The notes under the pieces: model-generated
The model's database searches: none
Told to the model about the DNA's origin: nothing
Seen by the model: only the letters and a program-made list of their open reading frames with translations
Virus record (IMG/VR): IMGVR_UViG_3300010370_000027
Strand: one strand, 5' to 3'
Source of the DNA: a virus
Length of the DNA stretch: 64,000 bases
Program-made: the position numbers and the translations under genes
Part shown: positions 1 to 8,844 of the stretch, one piece after another
How the letters are laid out: each line of letters begins with the position of its first letter
Numbering within the stretch: position 1 is the stretch's first letter

Positions 1-237
1 CACCGGAATCTTGGAGGACTTGATGTTGGCCACCATAGAGAGGAGGGAGTACACCTGCCCACCGTAGGAATCGATAACCACGGGAACGATGGGCTGACCT
101 GTGTTCTGTGCCTCGCTCATCGCATCAGAGAACTTCTTGGCTGATTCCTCATCGAACTTATTAACCCTGATGACAATTGGTGGCTTGCGTAATTCAACCT
201 CACCAATAAGCTTAGAAATATCTCTCAATACGTTCAT
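1..237 (-). CDS. clpP: ClpP-family protease, N-terminal part (runs off the window edge)
   Basis: Manual translation MNVLRDISKLIGEVELRKPPIVIRVNKFDEESAKKFSDAMSEAQNTGQPIVPVVIDSYGGQVYSLLSMVANIKSSKIPV; IDSYGGxV matches the ClpP INSPGGxV motif; ATGA overlap with the upstream gene. Confidence 0.8.
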   Translation of the reverse strand, partial: MNVLRDISKLIGEVELRKPPIVIRVNKFDEESAKKFSDAMSEAQNTGQPIVPVVIDSYGGQVYSLLSMVANIKSSKIPV

Positions 238-647
238 GTGTGTTTCTTTCTCCAGTTATAGTATTTTACGAGCGAATGATCTTTTGGACAATTTGAAGGT
301 AACATTCCCTTCACGAAGATCTCCCAGGCTGCTGCAGCATACTCACCGATACCCGGAAGGTCACGCGCGTGCTCCCAGTTTGACGCCAGATAATGTTGTG
401 ACATTTTTATTAGATTACTGGCACGTCTATTTCCAAAGCCTAATCTGGATATAACCTGGGACAACTCTCTGTGTTCTGCAGTCGCCATTGAAGCTGCATT
501 CGGGTACTTGAAAAAGAGGTGTGGAATCACCTTTTCCATTGCCTTTCTTGTAGTGCAATTAAGGAGCATGCATGCGACTAAAATCTTCCATTCATCCGGC
601 CAAAGGTCTTCTTGAATGAGAGAATAAGGCGAGCGCGGAGGGATCAT
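234..647 (-). CDS. MBD4-like HhH-GPD DNA glycosylase domain (catalytic Asp position is Ala)
   Basis: PPRSPYSLIQEDLW..WKILVACMLLN, KYP, LPGIGEYA, DHSLVKYYNW are colinear with the MBD4 glycosylase domain. Confidence 0.85.
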   Translation of the reverse strand: MIPPRSPYSLIQEDLWPDEWKILVACMLLNCTTRKAMEKVIPHLFFKYPNAASMATAEHRELSQVISRLGFGNRRASNLIKMSQHYLASNWEHARDLPGIGEYAAAAWEIFVKGMLPSNCPKDHSLVKYYNWRKKHT

Positions 648-1648
648 TTAAGATATTTTCGAGGAGTGTAGATAAATTGTGTCTGAAAATTCGAAGTTAG
701 ATCACAAAGAGTTCTCTCAAATTGAACGGCCACCTTTTTGTCATAGACAAATTTTCTTCTGTGCCACTTCCACTTTATAGAATCAAAATCTAAATTTGCA
801 TTGAAGACTAGCGTTCCTGCATCTTCGTAAGAAAATTCCTCATACTGCTCTTTTGTTGCAAATCTAAATGACTCAACAAGCTGATTAAATCCTGCGTATT
901 CACATAGGATTGGCTGTTGCTTTTGTCCTGCGCTTCTCTTTGTTATTTCAGCGGTCACGGGCTTCTGTGACAATGCATGAGAACCAATTACTGAAGGCCG
1001 TGCGCCCAGAAAATTTTCACCACTGTTTGCTGCAATATATTTTCCACCACCTTGAATGAATCTGTCATAGACACCAGAGAATCTCATTGAATTTATGAGA
1101 TCTCCACTTCCGCAAGACTTCAAGACGGGACTTTCATTTTTCATGTCTAGAAGATTGTCCGGTCTCAGACAAAACGTTTCGTAATTTAGAATAATAGATG
1201 CTTTGCTGCCAACGGAGTCACAAATTCTTTTGACTTCTTTTTCAAGTGGTGCTTTCGTTAAAACCCATACCTCTTTAACCCAGGAAAGTCTCATTAACTG
1301 CAGCTCCAGACGACAACTAGACTCACCTTGGTCTCTCACGAGTGAAGATTCATCACAGATGATGCAATGAGCAGCTTCTCCGCTAGTGAGAATTTCTTTG
1401 CCTCTCCAGAAAGCTTCTGAAGATATTTCTTCAATATTTACAATAACGCCGGGGTCTGCTTCTTCAGAAATAAAAACTGTAAGATCTCTTGGATTTGTTA
1501 TCAAATCCACCATGTCTCCTACTTCAAGACCACCCTCTCTGTTAACTCTCTCAAGAGTCTCTAGGGAGAGTCTTTCAAGTTGCTGATACAGCTCAGAGAG
1601 AAATCCAGGAGATGATTTCATGTCATTTATCTTAAACCACAAAGTCAA
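644..1648 (-). CDS. Divergent UDPGP-family (UDP-sugar pyrophosphorylase-like) protein
   Basis: GSGDLINSMRFSGVYDRFIQGGGKYI..N..EN and FERTLCD resemble UAP/UGPase motifs; the GGxGTRLG loop is not recognisable. Confidence 0.5.
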   Translation of the reverse strand: MTLWFKINDMKSSPGFLSELYQQLERLSLETLERVNREGGLEVGDMVDLITNPRDLTVFISEEADPGVIVNIEEISSEAFWRGKEILTSGEAAHCIICDESSLVRDQGESSCRLELQLMRLSWVKEVWVLTKAPLEKEVKRICDSVGSKASIILNYETFCLRPDNLLDMKNESPVLKSCGSGDLINSMRFSGVYDRFIQGGGKYIAANSGENFLGARPSVIGSHALSQKPVTAEITKRSAGQKQQPILCEYAGFNQLVESFRFATKEQYEEFSYEDAGTLVFNANLDFDSIKWKWHRRKFVYDKKVAVQFERTLCDLTSNFQTQFIYTPRKYLK

Positions 1649-1652
1649 GAAT

Positions 1653-2492
1653 TTATAATGTTAAAATGTCTCCCGGTATGCAGTCAAGAACCTTCTTGAA
1701 GGATTCACCATACTGGGACCTCAGAATAACTTTTGGATCTTCCCATTTTGCTATTCCTTCCTCTGAAGATCTTAGACTGCCCGAAAACTTTGTCACCCTA
1801 TAGAAATAAACGGTTTTGTTACCAGAAGTATCTTTGCAAAGAGGTATCAAGTTATGAGCAACTAAGCCCGTCTCTTCTTTGAGTTCTCTTACGGCTGCTT
1901 CGTCTGGTTTTTCGCCTGGTTCGATTCCGCCGCCCGGCATATTCATGTTCTGTTGATCTTTTCCCCGAGAAACAGCAAGTACTTTTCCTCCCTGCGTAAC
2001 AAGAACTATGGCGGCGCCAGGTGTTGCAAGCGCTTCCTCTTCTTCTACATCTTTCCGCAAAGATCCCCCGACTCTCTTTACAAGAAAGCCGGACCTGGTA
2101 TTTCCAGGAGCATCAAACCTTCGGAGGCCAGACATTTTGTAGTCTCCGGCTACTTCTTCCAGATTATTCTGTGAATTCTTTATGGATTCGAAGAATTTCT
2201 TCTTAAGAAGTCTTGACAATCCTTTTCTTGCAAGTTTTTTATCGTAATTAACTCTGCTTAAGACGGAAGGATAAATTTCACTTGAATATTCTGCTATCTT
2301 CTTCTTGATGTGGGGGTCAACTTTCCAGTCGTTCATGTCCTCCACATGAGAAATCCAAGCATCGACAAGAAATTCTATCTCCTCGGAATCATCGTTAAAA
2401 AATTTCTGAACAAAGCTTTTGAAGCCCGAACCCTTTTCCGGGTTCTTGAAGTAAAGAAACTCTTTAAGGTATTCTCTTAAGAGACTTTTCAT
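1653..2492 (-). CDS. NUDIX hydrolase with long N-terminal extension carrying the shared leader
   Basis: Nudix box GGGIEPGEKPDEAAVRELKEETGL; starts MKSLLREYLKEFL. Confidence 0.85.
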   Translation of the reverse strand: MKSLLREYLKEFLYFKNPEKGSGFKSFVQKFFNDDSEEIEFLVDAWISHVEDMNDWKVDPHIKKKIAEYSSEIYPSVLSRVNYDKKLARKGLSRLLKKKFFESIKNSQNNLEEVAGDYKMSGLRRFDAPGNTRSGFLVKRVGGSLRKDVEEEEALATPGAAIVLVTQGGKVLAVSRGKDQQNMNMPGGGIEPGEKPDEAAVRELKEETGLVAHNLIPLCKDTSGNKTVYFYRVTKFSGSLRSSEEGIAKWEDPKVILRSQYGESFKKVLDCIPGDILTL

Positions 2493-2968
2493 ATCGATTC
2501 ATTCTTCTTTGAATCTACGAGCTTTTTTGTCATACCAACGATGTCGATTATCTGACCCGCTGCTCTTCTTGCATCAATCTCGAAAGGATTGTCGTAGTAT
2601 GTGTGGCTTTCTGAACAACCCAATTTAATACCTATCTGAATCCCATAATAAAACAAAGGCCAGAATATACCGAGGCACATGGTCTGCGAAACATGCTGTT
2701 GTTCATGCCTTAGAGTAACTGCTTTTGAATCTGGTGGGTTCTTAAGCACCACGACTTGACCTGAAGCGTGTCCCGAAAGTTTCTTCCAATAGTTGGTGAG
2801 CCACTCTGGGATTTTGTCGTTGTTAACTGTCCAGACGAGCGCGTCGCCCTCTTTCCCGTACCATTTATACCATCCCATGCATGTGTACAAGCTTACGTAT
2901 ATGAGGCCAAAAGCAGTTACAGGTGATGCCCATGCATATCCTAAATACTTCTTTACGTTATCCCACAT
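2489..2968 (-). CDS. Membrane-associated zincin-like protein
   Basis: HExxH (LRHEQQH), NPFEIDA, hydrophobic segments. Confidence 0.55.
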   Translation of the reverse strand: MWDNVKKYLGYAWASPVTAFGLIYVSLYTCMGWYKWYGKEGDALVWTVNNDKIPEWLTNYWKKLSGHASGQVVVLKNPPDSKAVTLRHEQQHVSQTMCLGIFWPLFYYGIQIGIKLGCSESHTYYDNPFEIDARRAAGQIIDIVGMTKKLVDSKKNESI

Positions 2969-3045
2969 GAGTCACCTCCAAATTTGTCGTAAATATGAGG
3001 TGAAGTGAAAAAAACTAAGCTACGGAATCGCTGAAAAAGCTTCTT

Positions 3046-4326
3046 TTATTTTCCGCCGACGATCTTCGACACTGGCTTCGTCGACCACATTCTACAAGAC
3101 CAATAAGCTGCCTTCGTCCTGTCAGAAGCTCTGGATGTACCACATCCATGACGTGCCCTGAAGTTCTTACGAGCCTTTGGATTGTCGCGGCGAATCTCCA
3201 TTCCTTTGGCGCCGAAGTTGACCTTCTTGACGTTGCCCGTCTTCTTGTCCTTCACGTACACCTTGAACTTCGCTGTGTCGCCCTTCATAGGCTTGCCGAG
3301 GGGAACTTCACGTCCCTTGTACTCTGCCTCTAGCTGAAGACCTTCGCCAATTAGGTTAGAGTGAATGAGATCTGCGACTTGTGACTTCATGTCAGCCCTG
3401 GAAATGCCAAGCGCTTTGGACCACATCTTCCACTCAGGATTGAGGACAAAGAAGCTTTCGGCAGCGTCTGTCGCAGCGCCTTCGGGATCATCAAAATTCT
3501 CACCAGCGAAATCTGCCGCATACATCTCTATTGCTGTCTGATATTGATTCTGAACGTTTCCCTCTGGTTCTACGCCTTCATAGTCAGGTTCATCATCCAT
3601 GTATCTGCTTGGACGTTTGACGTGCTTGTAATCGGGATGCACGTATGAGGAGCCTGCCTTTTGTCCACGAGCTAGGAGGACTTCACCCGTGTCCTCGTCC
3701 ACGTACTCACCGCCAGCGACCTCTTCCGGATCCATCGCCGCGATCAAATCGAGGAGTTCCCGACGTGGAAGCATCACGTCATCTCCAAGACCTTCGCTGA
3801 GCGCTTCTTCATAGATCGCCTCTTCGATTGCATCGTAGTTCAGTTCGAATTGCTCGAGGAGACCTGCTGTCTTGAGAGCTGCTCCCTCTGCGACAATGAT
3901 CTTGAGAACTGACTCAGGGAAATCAACGCCTTCGCTCTGAAGGTCTTCCTCTAGCGAAAGTTCTTTGATTGCATCACGAAGCTCGTCGTCAGACCACTTG
4001 CTTTGGTCGAGGTGTGGTCGGGTTCCGTTCTTCTCCTTGTAGATGTCAGAGAATTGAGAGAGAAGTTGCTCCCTGTCCATCTTGTCGACATTTCTGAAAA
4101 ATTCTTCATGCTCACCGACATGCGACACAGCATCATCTATAGACCCTCGAGCAGAACTCTTGGCAAATTCCAGCTCTTGCTCTAGTTCCGCGTCGGTAAA
4201 GCTTTCGAGTTCTTCCGCTGTAGGGCCGATGAAACTTATACCAACATTATCGGCATAATCCTCGTTGTAGAGGAGGATGCTGTCGATAAGATCTTGCCGC
4301 TTGGATTCTGATAATACACTTCTCAT
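3046..4326 (-). CDS. Acidic multi-segment protein with a C-terminal basic domain (putative internal head protein)
   Basis: Very acidic body followed, after LQLE, by a basic domain (KFKVYVKD..KKVNFG..RKNFRARHGC..YWSCRMW) of a type common in T4-like phages and large DNA viruses; ATATTTA motif 5 nt upstream. Confidence 0.6.
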   Translation of the reverse strand: MRSVLSESKRQDLIDSILLYNEDYADNVGISFIGPTAEELESFTDAELEQELEFAKSSARGSIDDAVSHVGEHEEFFRNVDKMDREQLLSQFSDIYKEKNGTRPHLDQSKWSDDELRDAIKELSLEEDLQSEGVDFPESVLKIIVAEGAALKTAGLLEQFELNYDAIEEAIYEEALSEGLGDDVMLPRRELLDLIAAMDPEEVAGGEYVDEDTGEVLLARGQKAGSSYVHPDYKHVKRPSRYMDDEPDYEGVEPEGNVQNQYQTAIEMYAADFAGENFDDPEGAATDAAESFFVLNPEWKMWSKALGISRADMKSQVADLIHSNLIGEGLQLEAEYKGREVPLGKPMKGDTAKFKVYVKDKKTGNVKKVNFGAKGMEIRRDNPKARKNFRARHGCGTSRASDRTKAAYWSCRMWSTKPVSKIVGGK

Positions 4327-4331
4327 GTCAT

Positions 4332-4338
4332 TAAATAT
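4332..4338 (-). promoter_or_regulatory. Putative late promoter ATATTTA
   Basis: 5 nt upstream of ATG 4326; recurring motif. Confidence 0.6.
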
Positions 4339-4356
4339 TGTATCATCAAGAAGTTA

Positions 4357-4746
4357 TCAGTCTAAAGATCGAAGTGATTTCATCTGATTGTGCTTCCACT
4401 CGTCTCCGAGCTTGATCTTCTCTGGCGCCTGGTTGACGAGAGTTTCAAGCTCATCTAGTGCTCCCCTGACTATTGCACCAGCCATCTCCACATGGGCAGC
4501 TGTAAGGGTGTCGAAAGGCCTATTGTAGACGCCGGACATCAACTCATATGCTCCCGAACGATCACCTTTGAATTCTTCAAGAGTGACTCCAAGCGCATCG
4601 ACTCTGCTCATGAAATCAGCGAAGTCCTTGGGGCCCGAATAGATGTTGGGAGACCCAGGCTTGAAAGCGATGTTTCTACCCTGTGACATGGCGCGGGAAA
4701 CTTCTTCTTTGATGATGGTACGGAGTTGCTTGACTGTGATCTTCAT
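4357..4746 (-). CDS. Hypothetical protein with shared leader (MKITVKQLRTIIKEE)
   Basis: Start moved to ATG 4746, 5 nt after ATATTTA. Confidence 0.7.
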   Translation of the reverse strand: MKITVKQLRTIIKEEVSRAMSQGRNIAFKPGSPNIYSGPKDFADFMSRVDALGVTLEEFKGDRSGAYELMSGVYNRPFDTLTAAHVEMAGAIVRGALDELETLVNQAPEKIKLGDEWKHNQMKSLRSLD

Positions 4747-4751
4747 GGTCC

Positions 4752-4758
4752 TAAATAT
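4752..4758 (-). promoter_or_regulatory. Putative late promoter ATATTTA
   Basis: 5 nt upstream of ATG 4746. Confidence 0.6.
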
Positions 4759-5585
4759 CACTCTCCCCACAGATTGTCAAAGGAACACGTGAACTTCTCC
4801 CATGCACCTTCTTTTAACATGGAATTGAAACCGTAGCCAGCGAACACCTCCTTGACGGTGTCCCAGTTCTTGGTGGGCGCCGAGGAAGTCATCTGTGCAA
4901 CTTCCTCCTCAGTCCACTCCTTGAACTTGATGAGATCGTAGTTGCGATTGAAGATCGGTTCCACCTCAGACTTGGCCACGTATTCCTTGAGGAGAACAGG
5001 GTCGAGGGCGATCTTCTCGGCGGTCTTGTCACCAATGCCAGGAACGCCTGGGATGTTGTCGGTGGCATCGCCGCGGAGAGCCTTCCAGACCACATAGTCG
5101 TATTCGGGTGCTTCCACAAACTTCTTCTGGACTGGATTGTAGAGCTTGAGGTTAGGATGGTCCTGCAGGAGTTGGATGAAGTCTGTGTCGGACGAGACGA
5201 GCACCCAGTCCACAGCGGAGGAGGATCGCATGACCAGATTGGCCAGGGTGTCGTCACACTCGCAGGTTGGGTGGCGGACCACGGAGACCGGAAAGTGCTT
5301 CTGAAGGAGGTCCACGATCACGTCCTTCTGCTTGAAGAACTTCTCCAGCTCCTTTGCACGGGGATCGTCGGGCTCCACCTTGCGGTTGGCCTTGTACTCG
5401 CCCATTGCCTCGTAGCGGTGGACAGGTCGACCTTCGAGTGCCACGTAGATCCGAGTAGGCCTGAACTGATCGACCAGCGCCTTGAACTGACGGAAGAAGT
5501 TGAACACAACAGGGGCAGGACCCATCTGGAAGCCGCTGCGTGCACGATGGGCCTGGTTCATGAAGTCGATTGCGAGGATGGTCAT
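4758..5585 (-). CDS. 5'-3' exonuclease / flap endonuclease (PolI N-terminal or T4 RNase H family)
   Basis: ILAIDFMN, YKANR, ECDDTLA, SSDTDFIQL, GDATDNIPGVPGIGDKTA; start set at MTILAID. Confidence 0.92.
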   Translation of the reverse strand: MTILAIDFMNQAHRARSGFQMGPAPVVFNFFRQFKALVDQFRPTRIYVALEGRPVHRYEAMGEYKANRKVEPDDPRAKELEKFFKQKDVIVDLLQKHFPVSVVRHPTCECDDTLANLVMRSSSAVDWVLVSSDTDFIQLLQDHPNLKLYNPVQKKFVEAPEYDYVVWKALRGDATDNIPGVPGIGDKTAEKIALDPVLLKEYVAKSEVEPIFNRNYDLIKFKEWTEEEVAQMTSSAPTKNWDTVKEVFAGYGFNSMLKEGAWEKFTCSFDNLWGE

Positions 5586-5592
5586 GTTGTTC

Positions 5593-5623
5593 AGTATAAC
5601 ACTTGCTTTGGGTGATTTTGCAC
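5593..5623 (-). promoter_or_regulatory. Sigma70-like promoter, leaderless, for the 5'-3' exonuclease
   Basis: GTGCAA-N19-TATACT-N7-ATG. Confidence 0.65.
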
Positions 5624-5814
5624 TATTCGCTGATGCCAAGTTCATCGTCGTCGAAGTGGAACACCTCGTCGATTGCATTACCGATCTCGCGGAGGACATT
5701 CTCTTGGATCATTTGCTTCGTAGGAGTGTCTGTGTGCTTGTGGGCACGCTGCCAGCCCCACTCGAAACCCTCCTCGAGGGCACGCTGTAGAACTCTGTAC
5801 GACTTCACTTTCAT
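5623..5814 (-). CDS. Small hypothetical protein (MKVKSYRVLQRALEEGFEWG...)
   Basis: ATGA overlap with the polX stop; the longer N-terminal extension in the ORF track overlaps polX. Confidence 0.6.
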   Translation of the reverse strand: MKVKSYRVLQRALEEGFEWGWQRAHKHTDTPTKQMIQENVLREIGNAIDEVFHFDDDELGISE

Positions 5815-6395
5815 TGTTGCCTCACGTATTTCTTGATGACATTGCGTCCGGTCCGCTCGACAGGAGGGACGAAGTCCATCTCGAGGAGATCGAAGAAGTC
5901 TTGCTCCTCGTATACAGGAAGCTGAGTGCCATCGGGCATGGTAGGCATCACCTCCGTCATGCGACCACCACCAGACAGCTTCTTCCATCGAGCGAAGCAC
6001 CCAGGAGTGAAGCCGTTGAATGCATTGCCGTCAGCGCCTGCGGCGCTACCGGTACGCATGAGAAACAGACCGCCCCAGTTCTCCGGCTTGGCAATGAAGA
6101 GGTCGAGGTTCATGCCTTCGGAAAGCCGCACACGAATGTAACGAGAGTCGGGCTTTGGGCTCCACGGAATGACACCAGGAACACTTGGTTTAATAGTTTG
6201 ACCAACATCACTGATCAATTTAAGAAGTTTTTCTCGGTCAGCCACAAGGGCCACGAGCTCGATGTCACCTACCACCGGTTTTTCACGTCGGACGGATCCA
6301 GCGATCTCGATGCGATCCATTGCAGGTGAAATGTGCTCGCGGACCTTGTTGGCGATGATTCGTGCCTCGGATAGTTCGATCTTGCCGATTCCCAT
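5811..6395 (-). CDS. polX: Minimal family X DNA polymerase (palm plus C-terminal domain)
   Basis: AGSVRREKPVVGDIELV, LDLF, RTGSA, EEQDFFDLL..FVPPVER; no lyase or PHP domain. Confidence 0.88.
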   Translation of the reverse strand: MGIGKIELSEARIIANKVREHISPAMDRIEIAGSVRREKPVVGDIELVALVADREKLLKLISDVGQTIKPSVPGVIPWSPKPDSRYIRVRLSEGMNLDLFIAKPENWGGLFLMRTGSAAGADGNAFNGFTPGCFARWKKLSGGGRMTEVMPTMPDGTQLPVYEEQDFFDLLEMDFVPPVERTGRNVIKKYVRQQ

Positions 6396-6401
6396 ACCCT
6401 T

Positions 6402-6431
6402 AGGATATCATCCTTTTAGCCAAGATTGCAC
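6402..6431 (-). promoter_or_regulatory. Sigma70-like promoter, leaderless, for polX
   Basis: GTGCAA-N18-TATCCT-N6-ATG. Confidence 0.65.
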
Positions 6432-6434
6432 TGA

Positions 6435-6905
6435 CTATCTCATAATCGATGGCAATTTTACTCTCATCACAGATCCGTCAGGCATAGTGACCATAGAGTC
6501 ATCATCATCATCGATGATTTTTTGTTGAATTTGTTGATCATTCTTCGTAATGAACTCAGGCAAATTTTGAATAGTCTGTGGCAGCTGGATTGAGGTATTA
6601 GATACGTTCGATTTTGATTGTACGTACCAAGTATCAGACTTTGACACAGCATTGTCTATGAGCTTATTTACTTGCAAAGTTGCACGCTGTATTAAAGTTT
6701 GTCTGAGAACATCAGGAGAATCAAAAACCTCACCGTCAACTTGGTCAAACGTTAACTTAGTTTCTTTCTCAGGGCCTGCCTGTAAAATATAGCTAACTTC
6801 TTCTCCGGTAAGCGTCCTCTTTGTAATCATTTCGACTACTTGCATCGGATATACTTGATTCTTTTTAGCGAGAATAAAGTAAAGAATTTGACCAACTGCG
6901 TACAT
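6435..6905 (-). CDS. Hypothetical protein
   Basis: Start MYAVGQILY directly after the upstream stop. Confidence 0.65.
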   Translation of the reverse strand: MYAVGQILYFILAKKNQVYPMQVVEMITKRTLTGEEVSYILQAGPEKETKLTFDQVDGEVFDSPDVLRQTLIQRATLQVNKLIDNAVSKSDTWYVQSKSNVSNTSIQLPQTIQNLPEFITKNDQQIQQKIIDDDDDSMVTMPDGSVMRVKLPSIMR

Positions 6906-6906
6906 A

Positions 6907-7242
6907 TCAACCCTCGGAATCTTCTTGGGAATTATCTTCTTCTTCAAACGAATCAGAAGAAAGATGAAAAACTCCCATAGGGGGAGGACCTGATGGCGCA
7001 ACAATGTAGTCAGGAGCTTCTTCGTCAAGAGGAACTTCGGCTACATTGCAAAGGTCTGAGATCTTGTCCCACAGCTTTTCTTCAATGAAAGATCGATCCT
7101 CAAGTTCTGCAAGATGCTGACTAAGAGTCTTCTTTATGTCTGGTGGTAGTACGACGCTAAACAGATCCCTAAGGTGTGCGATTTCAGTCCTTGTGAGCCT
7201 CAAATCATACGTCTTGCGCTTCTTGATCTTTTCCTTCTTCAT
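6907..7242 (-). CDS. Hypothetical protein
   Basis: Tightly packed ORF, AGGAG Shine-Dalgarno. Confidence 0.65.
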   Translation of the reverse strand: MKKEKIKKRKTYDLRLTRTEIAHLRDLFSVVLPPDIKKTLSQHLAELEDRSFIEEKLWDKISDLCNVAEVPLDEEAPDYIVAPSGPPPMGVFHLSSDSFEEEDNSQEDSEG

Positions 7243-7250
7243 GGATTCTC

Positions 7251-7442
7251 CTAGTACCTGCTGCCAGGTTGATTTGGTTCATTTGAATTCGTGCACTCGA
7301 ACTTATGGCTGGTGGAGTGAGGACACCTCTTGTTACCGCATTTAGAGCACAGAACCATTCTGTACAACACAGGGTTGTCTAGACCTAGCTCTGGTCTATT
7401 GAGACATTCATAACAGTCGGTGCACCTCTCGTCCTCCATCAC
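7251..7442 (-). CDS. Small Cys-rich (zinc-binding) protein
   Basis: CxxCxxC and CSKCGNKRCPH..C. Confidence 0.6.
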   Translation of the reverse strand: MMEDERCTDCYECLNRPELGLDNPVLYRMVLCSKCGNKRCPHSTSHKFECTNSNEPNQPGSRY

Positions 7443-7732
7443 GCCTCCGCCGGATCTACGAGTGCCTCCATAAAGAGGTCAAAAGTATCCCTGTGATCGA
7501 CGCTCGACTGAATCTTGATCACCTTGAGAGCTGCCTGAAGAGTCTTCATATCAAGCTTCTCAGAATATTCTTCTATAACGCTCTTGCGATCATCCTTGAG
7601 AAGTTCGATCTCGTTATCGATGTTCTCGATACGTCCAACGAATTCTTTGACGAGGTCACGAAGAGCGTTAATCTCATCGGGCTGAAGATGTGCTATGTTA
7701 TATTGCTCAGGGGATTGCTTCTTCTTTGGCAT
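7439..7732 (-). CDS. GapR/DUF2312-like (DsbA-like) dsDNA-binding protein
   Basis: LVKEFVGRIENIDNEIELLKDDRKSVIEEYSEKLDMKTL pattern; start MPKKK 6 nt after a -10 box. Confidence 0.7.
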   Translation of the reverse strand: MPKKKQSPEQYNIAHLQPDEINALRDLVKEFVGRIENIDNEIELLKDDRKSVIEEYSEKLDMKTLQAALKVIKIQSSVDHRDTFDLFMEALVDPAEA

Positions 7733-7738
7733 ACCCCT

Positions 7739-7768
7739 ATGATACACATAAAAGAGAAATTTGTTCAG
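7739..7768 (-). promoter_or_regulatory. Sigma70-like promoter, leaderless, for the GapR-like gene
   Basis: CTGAAC-N18-TATCAT-N6-ATG. Confidence 0.6.
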
Positions 7769-8844
7769 AGAGACTTGATTTTTTGGATGGTCTCTTTAAA
7801 GTCCTGAACGTATGGAGCTTCTTCCGGTATTCCCGCCTTGGCAACAGCGTCTATCTGACTCTGAAGATTTTTTATGTAAAACTCTTTCATTGTCTTTCTT
7901 GCTGCATCTATTAGCATCTTTTCAGCTTTTTCTTTTTCCTGCGGCGGGAGATTCTTGAGGTCTTCAGCCTCTGGTATCTTTTTACCCGTGAGCTTCTCTA
8001 GATCTTCTAAAGTCTTTGCTTCTTTTAGAACCGCAACAGCCTGCTTGTATATCTCAGAAAGAGATCTCCTGTACGATTCTGTTGCAACTTTTTGAATCTC
8101 TCCGAGACTTCGTGAATTAGAAAGTGACTTTCTTAAAAACTTTCTGTTCGAGAGTATCTTCTTGGTAACTTCTTCTTCAGAAATTTCTTTCAAAAGAGAT
8201 TCTCCGAATACATTGCCGTCTTTGTCTCGTTTCTTCTTTTTCTTAGAAGAATCGCTACCGCTATTGTCTAAGAGGTCTCCGAAGTTTTTATCCTTCACTT
8301 TGTTAAACAAATCGTCGGAAAACCCACCAGTAAAAACCGAGAGAATATCCTTGACTACTTCGGGAGATTTACTAAGCGCAAGTGCTGAAAGCGTAAGATC
8401 AGGCGCAGTTACGAAAGCAACAAACGCAGCGTCTGTAGAGCTAAGCGCCTTGTTAGTTCTTTCATAGACATCCTTGTACTGGTTTCTAATCTTCTGAATG
8501 TCAGACTTTTCTTTTTCAAATACCTTTGCGTACTTAGCTCCAAGACCAGGAATAAGTGTTGTTAAAATTACACCAAAACTAACAGTAAGTAATGTCCTGG
8601 CTTTTCTCGTAATTTCTTTTGACTTACCAACAGCTGTCTTAAACACGTCCGTAAAGGGAGTTATAAAAGTGTTTTTAAGGTCTTCTCTGCTTCCGAAAGC
8701 CATGCCATACGGTCCTGCTGCGGCAGAGATATCACCTGCTGTTATTCCCGCATCTGATAGAGTTGAAGCTCCAAAAGAGTCTTCTGTCAGCACTTCTTTT
8801 ACATACTCTTTCAGAAGGTGTGAGCTCGAACTATTTTTTGACAT
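7765..8844 (-). CDS. Hypothetical protein with shared leader (LLKEYVKEVLTE)
   Basis: Long ORF, start set at MSKNSSS. Confidence 0.7.
   Translation of the reverse strand: MSKNSSSSHLLKEYVKEVLTEDSFGASTLSDAGITAGDISAAAGPYGMAFGSREDLKNTFITPFTDVFKTAVGKSKEITRKARTLLTVSFGVILTTLIPGLGAKYAKVFEKEKSDIQKIRNQYKDVYERTNKALSSTDAAFVAFVTAPDLTLSALALSKSPEVVKDILSVFTGGFSDDLFNKVKDKNFGDLLDNSGSDSSKKKKKRDKDGNVFGESLLKEISEEEVTKKILSNRKFLRKSLSNSRSLGEIQKVATESYRRSLSEIYKQAVAVLKEAKTLEDLEKLTGKKIPEAEDLKNLPPQEKEKAEKMLIDAARKTMKEFYIKNLQSQIDAVAKAGIPEEAPYVQDFKETIQKIKSL

Noticed and set aside
6499-6513. (TCA)n trinucleotide run, also seen near 32905
   Set aside because: Simply encodes poly-Asp tracts
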